DNA of 64,000 nucleotides from Longimicrobiales bacterium (GCA_965219445.1 CBDCNQ010000003.1:1-64000), one strand, 5' to 3'. Shown: positions 48,255-59,151, numbered from the stretch's first letter. Numbers and translations are program-made. The notes: a model not told the origin generated them from the sequence alone.

Positions 48255-49358
48255 TCAGTGGCCCCCCCCGATCTCGGGCGGCCTAAAGGGTGTGTACTTC
48301 ACCAGACGTCGCCGGCTTACCTCACCCGCGTAGATGTTGCCGTCGAAATCCACGCCGAGGAACTCGACTCCCGCGCCAACGTCATCCTCATGGTGAGGAA
48401 TGAAGTGTGTCACCCAAGCCTGTTCGGTCTTCAGATCACCGATCCGGATGCCCTTCTCCCACCCCAGGTTGCTGCGCCACGGGTCTGGAGCCCCCGTACG
48501 GAAGCCACCCGACAGGCCATCGCCTGCGAAGAGGATATCATTGCGGTCGATGAATAGCCCGCTCGGCTTACCGTAGTGCGTCCAGATGTAGAGGAGCGTG
48601 CCCTGCTGGTCGAAAACCTGGATCCGGCTGTTGCCACGATCCGCGACCAAGACACGACCTTGGGAATCCATCTTGATGTCGTGCGGATCACTGAAGCGCG
48701 CGGCCTCCTTGCTCTCCGAACCGACACCGCCCCCGACTTCCAGGAGGAAAGTCCCGTCTCTCGAGAACTTCACGATGCGGTTGTTGCCGCCTCGATGCCC
48801 ATCTGACACCCAGACGTCCCCGTTGGGAGCGATCGCCACGCCGGAGGGTCCATTGAAGTGGTTGGGGCCGTCCCCCCAGATCCCGGCCTCGCCCAGCCTC
48901 ATCACGACCTCGCCCTGCTGGTTGAGCTTGAGCACCTGGTGACCCAAGCCCATGCTTTCACCCAACGTCGCTCGATTGTCCCCATGCGATCCTCCCTCGG
49001 TCACCCACAGGAAGCCCTCGCGATCCAGGGAAAAGCCGTGAGGAAACGCGAAGAGCCCTGCTCCGAAGCTGTCCACGAGATTCCCATCGAGGTCGAACTT
49101 CATGATCGGATCCAGGTCGGTGCCGGCGCATTCGTTCGCCCCACAGCGGTCCAGGATCCACAAGTGCTGTCCGTCTGGATCGGGGAAGACACCGCTCACC
49201 GTTCCCATCACTCTTCCTTCGGGGAGCTTCTCCCATCCGAAGCTGGCCCGATATGGGTTGGTGGTGGAGGATTGGGCGTTCAATTCTCCACCCAACACTA
49301 CGGATGACAGGGCAAAGCCGATAACGAGGGTCGAGCCAACTCGGCGGGCGCGCAGCAT
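48255..49358 (-). CDS. NHL-repeat PAL-like (peptidyl-alpha-hydroxyglycine lyase family) protein
   Basis: FPHG, GHQVLK, FNGPSGVA, PHDI, ADRGNSRIQVFD. Confidence 0.85.
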   Translation of the reverse strand: MLRARRVGSTLVIGFALSSVVLGGELNAQSSTTNPYRASFGWEKLPEGRVMGTVSGVFPDPDGQHLWILDRCGANECAGTDLDPIMKFDLDGNLVDSFGAGLFAFPHGFSLDREGFLWVTEGGSHGDNRATLGESMGLGHQVLKLNQQGEVVMRLGEAGIWGDGPNHFNGPSGVAIAPNGDVWVSDGHRGGNNRIVKFSRDGTFLLEVGGGVGSESKEAARFSDPHDIKMDSQGRVLVADRGNSRIQVFDQQGTLLYIWTHYGKPSGLFIDRNDILFAGDGLSGGFRTGAPDPWRSNLGWEKGIRIGDLKTEQAWVTHFIPHHEDDVGAGVEFLGVDFDGNIYAGEVSRRRLVKYTPFRPPEIGGGH

Positions 49359-49574
49359 CTGGACCTCCTTGGAAAACTGTTTCCCTGTTCAACCACCCCG
49401 GACGACACCTGATGCATAGGCTATGAGGCGTCAGCTGCCTGGGCAAGAAGTCCCGTAGTAGATCTCCCATTCCGTCATGGTCACCCAGCGTGGAAGGCCC
49501 GACTTTAGGTTGAATCTAGGGGAAGAGTTGCTTACTCTTACCGGTAAGAGTAAGCACACAAGCCCGGGAGATCG

Positions 49575-49805
49575 ATGAAGATCACAACCAAGGGCCAAGT
49601 CACGATACCGCAGGAAATTCGCGAACGGCTCGGTCTGCTTCCGCACACCGAAGTCGATTTTGAGGTACGCGATGACGTGGTCGTGCTGAAGAAGGTGGAG
49701 GCCCGCCGTCGAGGCCGCAGGATCGTTGAGCACCTCCGGGGCCGAGGCGAGGTACGGATGAGTACCGATGAGATCCTCGCGCTCACTCGAGACGAGGAGC
49801 AGTGA
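49575..49805 (+). CDS. AbrB/MazE-family antitoxin
   Basis: MKITTKGQVTIPQEIRERLGL...MSTDEILALTR. Confidence 0.9.
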   Translation: MKITTKGQVTIPQEIRERLGLLPHTEVDFEVRDDVVVLKKVEARRRGRRIVEHLRGRGEVRMSTDEILALTRDEEQ

Positions 49806-50218
49806 GCGACACCCTCGTAGACAGCAACGTTCTTCTCGACGTCCTGACGGAAGATCCGACGTGGTACGAGTGGTCATCCGAAGCCATCGAGTCTCGAGCG
49901 GAGCGCTCCGTGCTCGTGATCGACCCGCTCATATACGCGGAGGTTTCCATCCGGTTCGAGCGGATCGAGGAACTCGAAGAAGCACTGTCGCCGGCCATGT
50001 TCCGTAGGGACACTTTGCCCTGGGAGGCTGCGTTCCTGGCGGGCAAGTGCTTCGTACGGTACCGCAGGCGCGGCGGCGTGAAACACTCTCCGCTGCCGGA
50101 CTTCTACATCGGAGCGCACGCGGCGGTGGCGGGGATGACGCTACTCACGAGAGACGAATCCCGATATCGCACGTATTTCCCATCACTGGATATTTTCGCG
50201 CCGCTCCGAAGCTCGTAG
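49802..50218 (+). CDS. vapC: VapC PIN-domain toxin
   Basis: LVDSNVLLD, IYAEVS, LPDFYIGAHA, LLTRD. Confidence 0.9.
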   Translation: MSDTLVDSNVLLDVLTEDPTWYEWSSEAIESRAERSVLVIDPLIYAEVSIRFERIEELEEALSPAMFRRDTLPWEAAFLAGKCFVRYRRRGGVKHSPLPDFYIGAHAAVAGMTLLTRDESRYRTYFPSLDIFAPLRSS

Positions 50219-50267
50219 TCGCCTGCTTTTCGGTGCCGTGAAGGCATAGCCAACACAAACGCGGCTG

Positions 50268-51428
50268 CTAGTACCGGCTGACCGTCAGGCCGAACCCACC
50301 CGGTTGAGGCCGGTCGGAGGCGTTCTCGAAGTATGCGGTGGCACGGAGGAACGACCCGAGCGGAGCGACCACCGGCTCGCGAAAGATATACGGTGTCGGC
50401 CACTCCAGCCGGATGTCCTTGGCGAACAAGAGGATCTCGGTGCCGCCATCAGGCCTGCGAAGGGACACCTCGAGAGACTGGATACCCGGTTCGAGCCGGG
50501 GCAGCAGGGATAGAAGGCGGGTCTCCTCGACGATGGGTGTCTCGGACCGAAAACGCTGCATGGTCGCGCCGGCCGGAACCTCGCCCCTCGCCTCCAGGAC
50601 CAGGTCGGAGGGCACGCTCAGTGCTGTTGCCGGCTCATCGGAGAAGAACAATCCGAGCCTTCCCTCGTCAACCACGCGTTGATCGGAGGCCCCGTAGTGG
50701 ATCTCGGCGAGGACCCTCGCTCCTGCGGCTAGCCTGTAGGTTACGCCTCCAGGCAGGGCCATGAACTCGTGCCACGGTGTCCAGCTTCCCAACCATTGGC
50801 CGGTCCCGTCCACGAAGAAAGTCGCTCCACGTACGACGCGGCGATCGCCCGGCCTGAACTCGATCCCACGAACGCGGCGCTCGGAGGTCAGTTCGAGATC
50901 GAGGACGATCCGCTCGACGCGCTCTTCTTGCTCCGGCTCGACGACCCTCGCCTCGAGGGTTCGGATCAGGCTGGGCTCGCCAAGCTCCCATCGGTCGAAG
51001 TCAGTAGTTGCCGTAGGGGCCTCCAGCGCCTCATCGGGATCTCTCACGTTGAGGAATACTTCCCCCGCGTTTCGTGGACCGAGCCCCTCCACCCATGAGA
51101 TGACGAACTGTGTCTCCCGCAGCGTGAGCCCGTTGTCGTTGACGAACTCTCCGTAACCGGGGACGGCTGCCCACGGAGGCATGTGCCGGGCGAGGACGGC
51201 GGTGCGAATGGGATCCCGACTCAGCCAAGTCTCCTCGTACGTCACCAGCGGCGATGCCAACCCCTCGGCGACGTGACATGTCACGCAGTGAGCGTCGAGG
51301 ATGCGCACGATCTCACGCTCGAAGAGGACTGTGTTGGTCGTCGTCACGTGAGTCAGCCCGCGCGACGGCCAGAAGACCCATCCCGCCAAAACGGATAGGG
51401 CGACGATCACGGGGGCGGGCTTCTTCAT
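50268..51428 (-). CDS. heme-c + PHM-like fold protein lacking most Cu ligands
   Basis: CVTCH, MPPW, EIHY; paralog of 55770. Confidence 0.7.
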   Translation of the reverse strand: MKKPAPVIVALSVLAGWVFWPSRGLTHVTTTNTVLFEREIVRILDAHCVTCHVAEGLASPLVTYEETWLSRDPIRTAVLARHMPPWAAVPGYGEFVNDNGLTLRETQFVISWVEGLGPRNAGEVFLNVRDPDEALEAPTATTDFDRWELGEPSLIRTLEARVVEPEQEERVERIVLDLELTSERRVRGIEFRPGDRRVVRGATFFVDGTGQWLGSWTPWHEFMALPGGVTYRLAAGARVLAEIHYGASDQRVVDEGRLGLFFSDEPATALSVPSDLVLEARGEVPAGATMQRFRSETPIVEETRLLSLLPRLEPGIQSLEVSLRRPDGGTEILLFAKDIRLEWPTPYIFREPVVAPLGSFLRATAYFENASDRPQPGGFGLTVSRY

Positions 51429-51434
51429 GGTCCG

Positions 51435-52475
51435 CTACTCGGAGGCCGTGACCGTAAAGGTGTAGGCGAACGTATAGACCTCATCGCGACGCTGGAACTG
51501 TGCCCACGCACGGTAAAGCCCCGGCCTCGGCATCAGTCCCTCGAACGTGATCTCCGGCCCACCGCGCAACCTCGAAGCATCGACCCCCATTGGGAGCATC
51601 AAAGCCAACGGCCCGGTCTCCTCGTCGGAGTTCTCCAAGTCGAGCGGGTGGGAGTGGACGTAGTGGACCAGATCGTCACTCATGATCAGCATATGACCGA
51701 ATGAGCCGAGGTACGGCTGGAGATCCGTCACCGGGCGCCCGGTTTCTGTCTCGGTCAGCTCGAACTTCAGGTGACCGTACAGTCCTGCAACGAACCTGTC
51801 GGGATCATAGGTGGCCCTGGCGGTGAGATCGCCGACCGACTTCGTGGGAGTGGTATCGGCAGCCACGCGCGCCGCGTCGGCCATCAGATCGCCGTCATAG
51901 TTGGCTGTGACCAAGGGCCGGGCGATGAATTGGGACGACCCGCCGTTCGGGACGAAGTCGGAAAGCAGCTTGTAATATCCGTCTTTGGGAAACGTCACTT
52001 CAATGGACCAGGAGCCATCGGGACCCTGCTCCGGATGAAGGTGCTCGAAGTGCTCCATGTCCTGGCTGATGACGAACAGGTGATAGCGCCTGTCGTGCAC
52101 GGTCACGAAGTCCCTCACCTGCTCACCCGTGCCAGGGTGGAGGATCCGGAACCTCAACCTCGCAGCCTCACCGGCGCGGACCACCGCGGGTTCGGTCTCG
52201 AACTCCAGCTCGTAGTCGCGAACGTCGTAGGGGTTCGCCTCGACCAGCATCATGCCGTCGCGGGGACACGTCCCGCCGATCTCAGACGTATAGTCCGGAT
52301 GGATGGGGCACACGTAGGCGACTTCCTCATCGGGATCCAATATGGGGGGCCCCATCTGAATCTCCGTGACCGGCACGTCCGCGACCGGCAGGGCCCTTCG
52401 TACTACGATCACGACCGTCGTCACCGCGGCCACGAGCAGGACCAGAACGATCCCAGATGTCAGTCTGGAGTTCAT
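51435..52475 (-). CDS. heavy-metal-binding secreted protein
   Basis: YVCPIHP...CPRDGM, HLFVI..HLHP, LQPYLGSFGH, HSHP. Confidence 0.8.
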   Translation of the reverse strand: MNSRLTSGIVLVLLVAAVTTVVIVVRRALPVADVPVTEIQMGPPILDPDEEVAYVCPIHPDYTSEIGGTCPRDGMMLVEANPYDVRDYELEFETEPAVVRAGEAARLRFRILHPGTGEQVRDFVTVHDRRYHLFVISQDMEHFEHLHPEQGPDGSWSIEVTFPKDGYYKLLSDFVPNGGSSQFIARPLVTANYDGDLMADAARVAADTTPTKSVGDLTARATYDPDRFVAGLYGHLKFELTETETGRPVTDLQPYLGSFGHMLIMSDDLVHYVHSHPLDLENSDEETGPLALMLPMGVDASRLRGGPEITFEGLMPRPGLYRAWAQFQRRDEVYTFAYTFTVTASE

Positions 52476-52490
52476 TCGAGCCCGAGCCCG

Positions 52491-54453
52491 CTACCGGTGC
52501 GGGCTCGTGGCATTGCCCTCGTAGGTGCCCGACCCCTGACCCGGCAGCTCGTCGCTGCGCGGCCCCGTGTACCGGGCCACACGGAGTCCCGTGTCGCTAT
52601 CGGTCCAGTAGATGAGTCCATCCTTGAAGACCGGATAGCTTCGCGTGATGCCGTGGGGAAGGGTAAGCGCGTACCCGACCTCGCGCGGATTGTAGGGGTT
52701 CGAAATGTCGATCGCCCGAAGTCCGTGCCCGTACCAGCTCGTAAACACCAGGTTTCTGAAGATGGTGGGGTTGTGATTCTGCTGCGGAACCCTCCGCCGC
52801 GGCTCGCCGTTGGGCTCGGTGTTCGCCTGGGTCAGGCATTCATCCATCTGGTTGTCCGGGATAGCGAACGCTCCGACCATGACCGGTGTCGTTTCCGACT
52901 CGACCGAAACGATGCGGGCGTGCATCAACGGACATCCACCGTTTTCGTCGCTCAGCCATACATAGGCGGGCCGGCCGTTCGCATTGCCCCGTACTTGGGC
53001 AGGACGCTCGGGCACGAAGACGGCACTGTGAATGCCGGTCCGAGGAGCTGAAGGGGGGTTGCACATCGATCCGGGAACGCGTCATCAGGACCAGGTACCG
53101 TGCGGTTTTCGCGGCGTCCGAGGCGCCGGACTCGAGAAACGCCTCGAGGCCCGGATCGTCGTTGACGGCCATGTGCACGCAATCGCGGGCGATATCACCC
53201 AATCGCGTAGCGTCGAGGACTCCGCCGGCCGACGCCACGGTGGAGCGTGGGTTGCAACCGGCGGTGCCCGTAAGCAGATCCTCGTTTCGGGCATGGGCAA
53301 CGCCCGAGGAGTTCAGAACGTAAAAGCCTGCGTTGCCTCCCGCGACGTATACGCGCTCACCATCATCAGACACGGACAGCGAGTGTAACATGTTGTTTTG
53401 CCGCTCCTGGTTGTTACCCGGTCGGCCGGAGCGGTTGGTCGAGGCGCTGAAGTCGGCGAAGCGGCCATCGCCAAAAAGCCCGGTCTTGTCCGCGCGCTCG
53501 TTGAGTGGGGGGCCACCCACGTCCTGCAGGCTGAAGCCTGCGAGCACTGACGGATGCTCCAGCATTTCCCCGCTGTCTTCGTCCGTGACGCCCAGAACGA
53601 TCGCGTCGGGGATGCTGAGGCCGGGATTCGCCGGATCGGGCAGTCCGCCGCCCGAAAACATCGCTACGTAGACGAGGATGCGGTCGGGGTTCGCGGGGTC
53701 ATGCCAGAGGAAGAACTCGTGCGATGGTCCGCTGAAATCGTACGTCTCGCTCTGTTGGATGGGCAGGCAGGTATCCATGTCGATTTCGTAGGTTTGCAGC
53801 ACTCCGACCGTTCTCGTGCCAGCGTTGCGCACTAGAATCTGACGTTCTTCCCCCGCCGACGTCGCATAGATGAGAGAGCGAAGTTCACGGTCATCGAATC
53901 CCTCGTTGCCGATCGCCATCGCGGGAATCTCTCCCACCTGGACTGGGGGCATCGTCTCCGGATCCGGCTGGATCTTGAAGATGTTGATCGCGTGGGTCGA
54001 GCCCGGTCCGTTACGATGGCCGACGTATAGGCACTGACCGGCAATACCGAGCCCCCGTGCGTCCCCAGCTCCGTCGAGATCGCCACCGCGCCAGGCGCCG
54101 GTGCCTGGATCACGCTCCGAGGGGATGGTGAGGACCCAATGGATGCTCTCGAAATTCCGGAAGAGGTGGAGCTCCGTCTCGAGTACGGCGAATCCCGCCC
54201 GGGCGTCCGCCTCCGACGAGAAAGGATCCAGCTGTCCCTGAGCACCCACACGGACGGAGGGCATCTGACCGATCGGCGTGTCGAATGTGCTCGGCTGGCA
54301 TCCCGCCGGATCACCCGAGTAATCGACGCACTGCCGGTTGTCCGGCGACCCCGGTCGAAGGCCGCTTTCACTCGAGCAACTCGCGAGAAAAACGGCCATG
54401 AGGCAGCACGTCGCGAGGCCGCGGAATGAATGAGTAGCTCCTTGGGTGGCCAT
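52491..54453 (-). CDS. LVIVD-repeat-like beta-propeller lipoprotein; frameshift near 53040
   Basis: Lipobox FLASC; HEFFLW, LHSLS; C-terminus HNPT..SWYGHGLRAIDISNP in a second frame. Confidence 0.7.
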
Positions 54454-54696
54454 CGATCCTCCCCTGGTCAGCGGTGGCGACCTCACGTCACCAATATCGC
54501 CGGCTCTGAGTGTACGATTGAAGCTGAGGGTAGACCTTGACATTGCTGGATTTCCATCATAAATGAGCGGCATGGGCTGCATCTCTTGACGAGAGCCCTT
54601 TTGATGGGTCGGGGTAAGGTGACGGGCTGGACAAAGCCGGTCAATATGAGGCCTCTTGCGCGAGGCGCTCGAGGGTTCTATCTGATTTGACGGGGA

Positions 54697-54732
54697 GCGC
54701 CAACCCTGTAGGTTAATCGCGCCAACCCTGTA
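54697..54732. promoter_or_regulatory. 14-bp direct repeat, 22-bp period, in a divergent promoter region
   Basis: GCGCCAACCCTGTA at 54697 and 54719. Confidence 0.55.
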
Positions 54733-54848
54733 CGTTTGATTGGGTACAAGAGTTAAGTTAGAGGTTCTTTACGTTCGTCCCGATGCGGGCACGTCAGCGA
54801 TCGGAACGGGGAGTTTCTGTACAAGAGAGTGAAGGAAGGAGGAGTTTC

Positions 54849-55751
54849 ATGAGGAGGACGCGTAACGTCGTTATGGCGTTGACGGCACTCACGATGGTGC
54901 CGTGGTCTCCTCTCGTGGGCCAGGTTGATAGGTTCGGGGGACAGGACGAACAGTTCGCCGACCAGTGGGCGCTCACGCCCTACCAATTCAGCCTGGTGAC
55001 CCTCAGGCCCAGGGGTCAGCCACTCATTCCCCTGTTCGAGGGTTGGTTCCCGAATCCGGATGGGACGTACGGCCTCTCCTTCAGTTACTTCAATATGAAC
55101 TTCGAGGAGACGTTCCACATTCCGATCGGACCGGACAACTTCCTCGAGCCCGCCGAATACAACGGGATGCAGCCGACGTACTTCATGACAGCGCAGCCCC
55201 GGGAGCGGGAGGGAGAACAGAGACACTATCGGCACCAGGCCGTCTTCACCGTGGACGTACCGGCGGATTTCGGGACGAATGATGTGATCTGGAACTTGCG
55301 TTACAAGGGCAAGGAGCTCCGCGTCCCGGGGCGACTCACGGTGGAAGGCAGTCGGATCGAAAATCTTACAGCCAGCACGAGCGCGCCGGAGGCACCGGTG
55401 CTCCAGTTCGAGCCCTCGGGCCCGGAGGGCAGAGGGCGATCCGGCGTAACGCTGGGTCCACTCACCGTCGCAGTAGGTGAGCCGTTGCCTTTGACTGTAT
55501 GGCTCGACCCGCTTTCCCGCACGGAGGGGGAGTTCATCGTTTTCTGGTTCGAGCACCAGGGACCTGTCGGCGTCGACTTCGAGGAGCGACGGTTCGACTT
55601 GCCGGCGGGCGGGGGCCAGGTGACGACGACCGCCAAATTCAGCGAGCCCGGGGAATACATGCTCCGGGTCACGGCGCTCGAAACGCTTTCTTCGATGGTG
55701 CAGCATTGCTGTTATACGAACAACTACGTGAAGATTACCGTCACCCCATAA
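54849..55751 (+). CDS. secreted hypothetical protein with C-terminal Ig/PKD-like domain
   Basis: GQPLIPLFEGW..N.DG..FSYFNMN, FSEPGEYMLR, QHCC. Confidence 0.75.
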   Translation: MRRTRNVVMALTALTMVPWSPLVGQVDRFGGQDEQFADQWALTPYQFSLVTLRPRGQPLIPLFEGWFPNPDGTYGLSFSYFNMNFEETFHIPIGPDNFLEPAEYNGMQPTYFMTAQPREREGEQRHYRHQAVFTVDVPADFGTNDVIWNLRYKGKELRVPGRLTVEGSRIENLTASTSAPEAPVLQFEPSGPEGRGRSGVTLGPLTVAVGEPLPLTVWLDPLSRTEGEFIVFWFEHQGPVGVDFEERRFDLPAGGGQVTTTAKFSEPGEYMLRVTALETLSSMVQHCCYTNNYVKITVTP

Positions 55752-55769
55752 CAAAAGGGGAAACACATT

Positions 55770-57107
55770 ATGGACCGCATGACAAACATGACAAAGCAGA
55801 GGGCGTCGCATGGCCTTTGGATCACGGCCCCGATCTTCCTTCTGATGGCTGTGCTCCAGCCGCAGCCCGCGTTCGGACAGGACGCCACGTGGGCTGAGCA
55901 TGTCGCACCTATCATGTACGCGTCGTGCGTGGAGTGTCATCAGCCGGAAGGCATCGGCCCCATGTCGCTTCTCGACTACGAGACGGCCAGGACATACGCG
56001 CCGTTGATCAAGTTCATGGTCGAGACGCGCCAGATGCCGCCGTGGCACATCGACAAAGACGTGGGGATTCAGGAGTTCAAGAACGACATCTCCCTCTCGG
56101 ACGAAGAGATCCAGAGAGTCGTCGCGTGGGCTGACGCCGGTGCGCCGCAGGGAAACATGTCGCTGGCTCCGCCCGTTCCCGTGATGCCGTCCGGCGCCGA
56201 CTGGCGGCTTGCAGAGCGGTTCGGCCCGCCGGATCTGATCATCAGGTCGGATCCGTTCGACGTGCCGGCGAGCGGCCTGGACAACTGGTGGCCCCATCAG
56301 GTGGAGGTGGAGGGACTCGACGGCCCTCGGTGGGTCATGGCGAACGAGACTAAGCCTTCCTATCCCTTGGGCAAGAGGGTCGTCCATCACGCGAACAGCA
56401 GCCTCATTACGGAGGACGGTCGGAACGGCTTTTCCAACTACGGGATCGGCAAGCCCTTCGACATCTACCCTGAGAATACAGGGGCGCTGATCCAGCCGGG
56501 AAACCGCCTGAGCTTCAACATCCACTACTACCCCAACGGTGAGGCCGTTGAGGGCGACGTCGTCGAAGTCGGACTATGGTTCTACCCGGAGGGCGAGGAG
56601 CCCCGGTTCAAGACGAGGGGCGATGTCTCCTGGAGCTCACAGCGGCAGTACGAAGGCGACGATGGCATGACTCTGCAGCAGATCGTCATCCCGCCCCACG
56701 GCCGTACGATAACTCAAGGGTTCCACGTGCTGGAAGAGAATACGCGAATCCACAGCTGCCGTGGCCACATGCACCTGCACGGTGCGGCACAGTCGATGGA
56801 AGCGATCTTTCCCGACGGTCACATGGAAATTCTGTGCAAGGTGAACTGGAACGGTGAATGGCACATCACGTACCTCTTCGAAGACGACGTGATGCCGTTG
56901 CTGCCCAAGGGCACGGTGCTCGTTCTCACGGCCTGGTATGACAACACGGCCGCCAATCCGGTGAACCCCGATCCAGACCAGTGGGTGATCTTCGGCAGGC
57001 GCAGTGCCGACGAGATGTCGCACATGTGGATCGGCGCCACCTATCTGAACGACGAGGACTTCGAATACCTGAAGGCCCAGCGGCCGCAGTTGCTTCTGGA
57101 GCCGTAA
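55770..57107 (+). CDS. heme-c-fused copper monooxygenase (PHM/DBH-like)
   Basis: CVECH, MPPW; VVHHAN, NIHY, HMH, DEM. Confidence 0.85.
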   Translation: MDRMTNMTKQRASHGLWITAPIFLLMAVLQPQPAFGQDATWAEHVAPIMYASCVECHQPEGIGPMSLLDYETARTYAPLIKFMVETRQMPPWHIDKDVGIQEFKNDISLSDEEIQRVVAWADAGAPQGNMSLAPPVPVMPSGADWRLAERFGPPDLIIRSDPFDVPASGLDNWWPHQVEVEGLDGPRWVMANETKPSYPLGKRVVHHANSSLITEDGRNGFSNYGIGKPFDIYPENTGALIQPGNRLSFNIHYYPNGEAVEGDVVEVGLWFYPEGEEPRFKTRGDVSWSSQRQYEGDDGMTLQQIVIPPHGRTITQGFHVLEENTRIHSCRGHMHLHGAAQSMEAIFPDGHMEILCKVNWNGEWHITYLFEDDVMPLLPKGTVLVLTAWYDNTAANPVNPDPDQWVIFGRRSADEMSHMWIGATYLNDEDFEYLKAQRPQLLLEP

Positions 57108-57262
57108 GAGCCCTCGATACCCTCGGTCGACGGCCGGAGGTAGCGGCAAGGAGTCGTCAAGAAGAGCGCCCGGGCGCGGATCACTCCGCGTCCGGGCGCA
57201 TTTTCTTATGCTCTTTCGTATGCTTTCCTTCGGTGCTAGGCCCTGATTTCCAGTCGAGCCCC

Positions 57263-57916
57263 CTACCTGAGCATCCTCGGAAGTCCCTCTGCCTCGAGGA
57301 GGAGATAGACGTGTGCTTCGAGCTGCTGTAGGCCCGCCTCCCCTTCCAGCGCCAACCGCCCATCACCGTCCGAGTCCGCGCCTTCACCGATCTGGTACAT
57401 CAAGAGGCGCAACTGGGCGACGAGTGGCGAGGCCCGCCGCATCGACGGCGCCGCCTGCAGCGCCCGAGCGACAGCCGCCGCTTCTTCTCCGCGCCGCGCG
57501 ACTGTGCCAGCGATCGTGGTGATGTGCTGCGCGTGAGTGCGCACGCCCGCTGAGGCACCGTCCGAGTTCGCCGCCAACCCGATGTGGGTTGCCACGCCTT
57601 CGGTGGCGGGGATGAGACCGAAGCCCAGCCCAGGCCCCCGGCTTCCTTCAGCCGGGTCGAGTGCATGGAGAACGTGACCTGCGTGCCGTTGCATCGCCGC
57701 AAGGTTGCTGAGATCGCCGGCCGCAAAATTGGCATGCAGCATCGCGATTCCCAATTCGGTCGCGGCCGTGGCGGCGAGACCCTGTCCATCAGGGGCCCGG
57801 CCGAAGCTGGTGGCGACATGCCCAACGTGGGCATTCTGAGCCACCACCGAGGTTCCCGGGAGCGCCACGGAGAGCGTCACGACGAAGGCGCCGAAATCGC
57901 AAAGACGGATTTTCAT
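57263..57916 (-). CDS. secreted His-rich helical protein
   Basis: AHVGHV, HAGHVLHALDP, GPGLGFG; paralog of 62395. Confidence 0.75.
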   Translation of the reverse strand: MKIRLCDFGAFVVTLSVALPGTSVVAQNAHVGHVATSFGRAPDGQGLAATAATELGIAMLHANFAAGDLSNLAAMQRHAGHVLHALDPAEGSRGPGLGFGLIPATEGVATHIGLAANSDGASAGVRTHAQHITTIAGTVARRGEEAAAVARALQAAPSMRRASPLVAQLRLLMYQIGEGADSDGDGRLALEGEAGLQQLEAHVYLLLEAEGLPRMLR

Positions 57917-57928
57917 GGTTGGGTCTCC

Positions 57929-58957
57929 TTAGAAGTTGGGAACGTGTTTTTCGAGCATCCGCCTACGAACAACCGCCCCATAGACGTTCCCTTCGGAATC
58001 CACCCCGACGCCTTCCGCCCCACTGTGCTCGATCGAGGTGGATTCGATGTCCTCGATGAGGTACAGAACCGTACCGTCCCGCGCGTCACCCACGCGGATG
58101 CCTTTCTTCCATCCCGGGTTGTCGGTCCCCCACGATTCGGAATCGGCGACATAGATCATGTCATCGTCGGATATGGCGATGCCGCTGGGGCGACTGAACT
58201 GGTACCAGACGTCGAGGAAATTCCCCTGCTGATCGAAGATCTGAATCCGGTTGTTCATACGATCCCCGACGAACACGCGGCCTTGCGAGTCGAGGGCGAT
58301 CGTATGCGGCACGATGAACTCCCCCTCGCCCGAGCCCGTCGTTCCCCAAGACATGATGAACCTACCGTCGCTCGAGTACTTCGAGACTCGGTTGCCACCC
58401 TGACCGTGACCCTCAGTGACGAAGAAGTTGCCGTTCGGGGCCACCACCAGGTCCGTCGGCTGGGTGAGAAGCCTGGGTGGATCCCCCTGAGTGCCCTTCT
58501 GGCCGAGCGTCATCAGGAGCTCACCCTCCGCGGTCCACTTGAACACCTGGTGGCCGCGCTGATCGCTTGCCCACACGTTTCCTTCGTCGTCCACGTCGAA
58601 CCCGTGCGGGAAATCCATCATCCCCGAACCCCACGTCTTCAGTACTCTTCCGGAATGATCGAGCTTCAGGACCGGTGGTTCGGATCGTCCGGTGCACGAG
58701 TTCTGGAGGCAGCGGCCCAGAAGGTAGATGTTACCGTCGGGACCCTGTTCCGCTCCGATGAACGACGCCCGCTCATCGTACGGACCAGTGGGGAGCTCGC
58801 CCCATGGATGGACTCGCCCGTAGGGGTTAGGCAGTGCGTTGGTCGGGCTGATCTGCGACTGGTCCTGTAACTGGGCCAGCACCTCTCCCGACTGTAGCGC
58901 CGGTACTCCAACGAGCGCGGCACTTGCCAGGAGTGCCGTTCGAATCGAACGAAGCAT
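57929..58957 (-). CDS. NHL-repeat PAL-like protein
   Basis: FPHG, GHQVFK, QPTDLVV, PHTI, DRMNNRIQIFD. Confidence 0.85.
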   Translation of the reverse strand: MLRSIRTALLASAALVGVPALQSGEVLAQLQDQSQISPTNALPNPYGRVHPWGELPTGPYDERASFIGAEQGPDGNIYLLGRCLQNSCTGRSEPPVLKLDHSGRVLKTWGSGMMDFPHGFDVDDEGNVWASDQRGHQVFKWTAEGELLMTLGQKGTQGDPPRLLTQPTDLVVAPNGNFFVTEGHGQGGNRVSKYSSDGRFIMSWGTTGSGEGEFIVPHTIALDSQGRVFVGDRMNNRIQIFDQQGNFLDVWYQFSRPSGIAISDDDMIYVADSESWGTDNPGWKKGIRVGDARDGTVLYLIEDIESTSIEHSGAEGVGVDSEGNVYGAVVRRRMLEKHVPNF

Positions 58958-59151
58958 CGAACTCCTCCTTAAAGAGAACGACGAAGAGGACGGCGAGACG
59001 GCAAAGAGCCGTCCGGGCCTAGCCAAGGTAGAAGGGGATCTTGTGGAGCGCGAGGCCAGGAACGTAGCCGGGGTCGCATCGCCGCGTGGGTGAGAGTACG
59101 TTGCATCGTCCTGCTTTCAGGCCGACCCGCCCCGCGAAGTTGGAGGACCCC

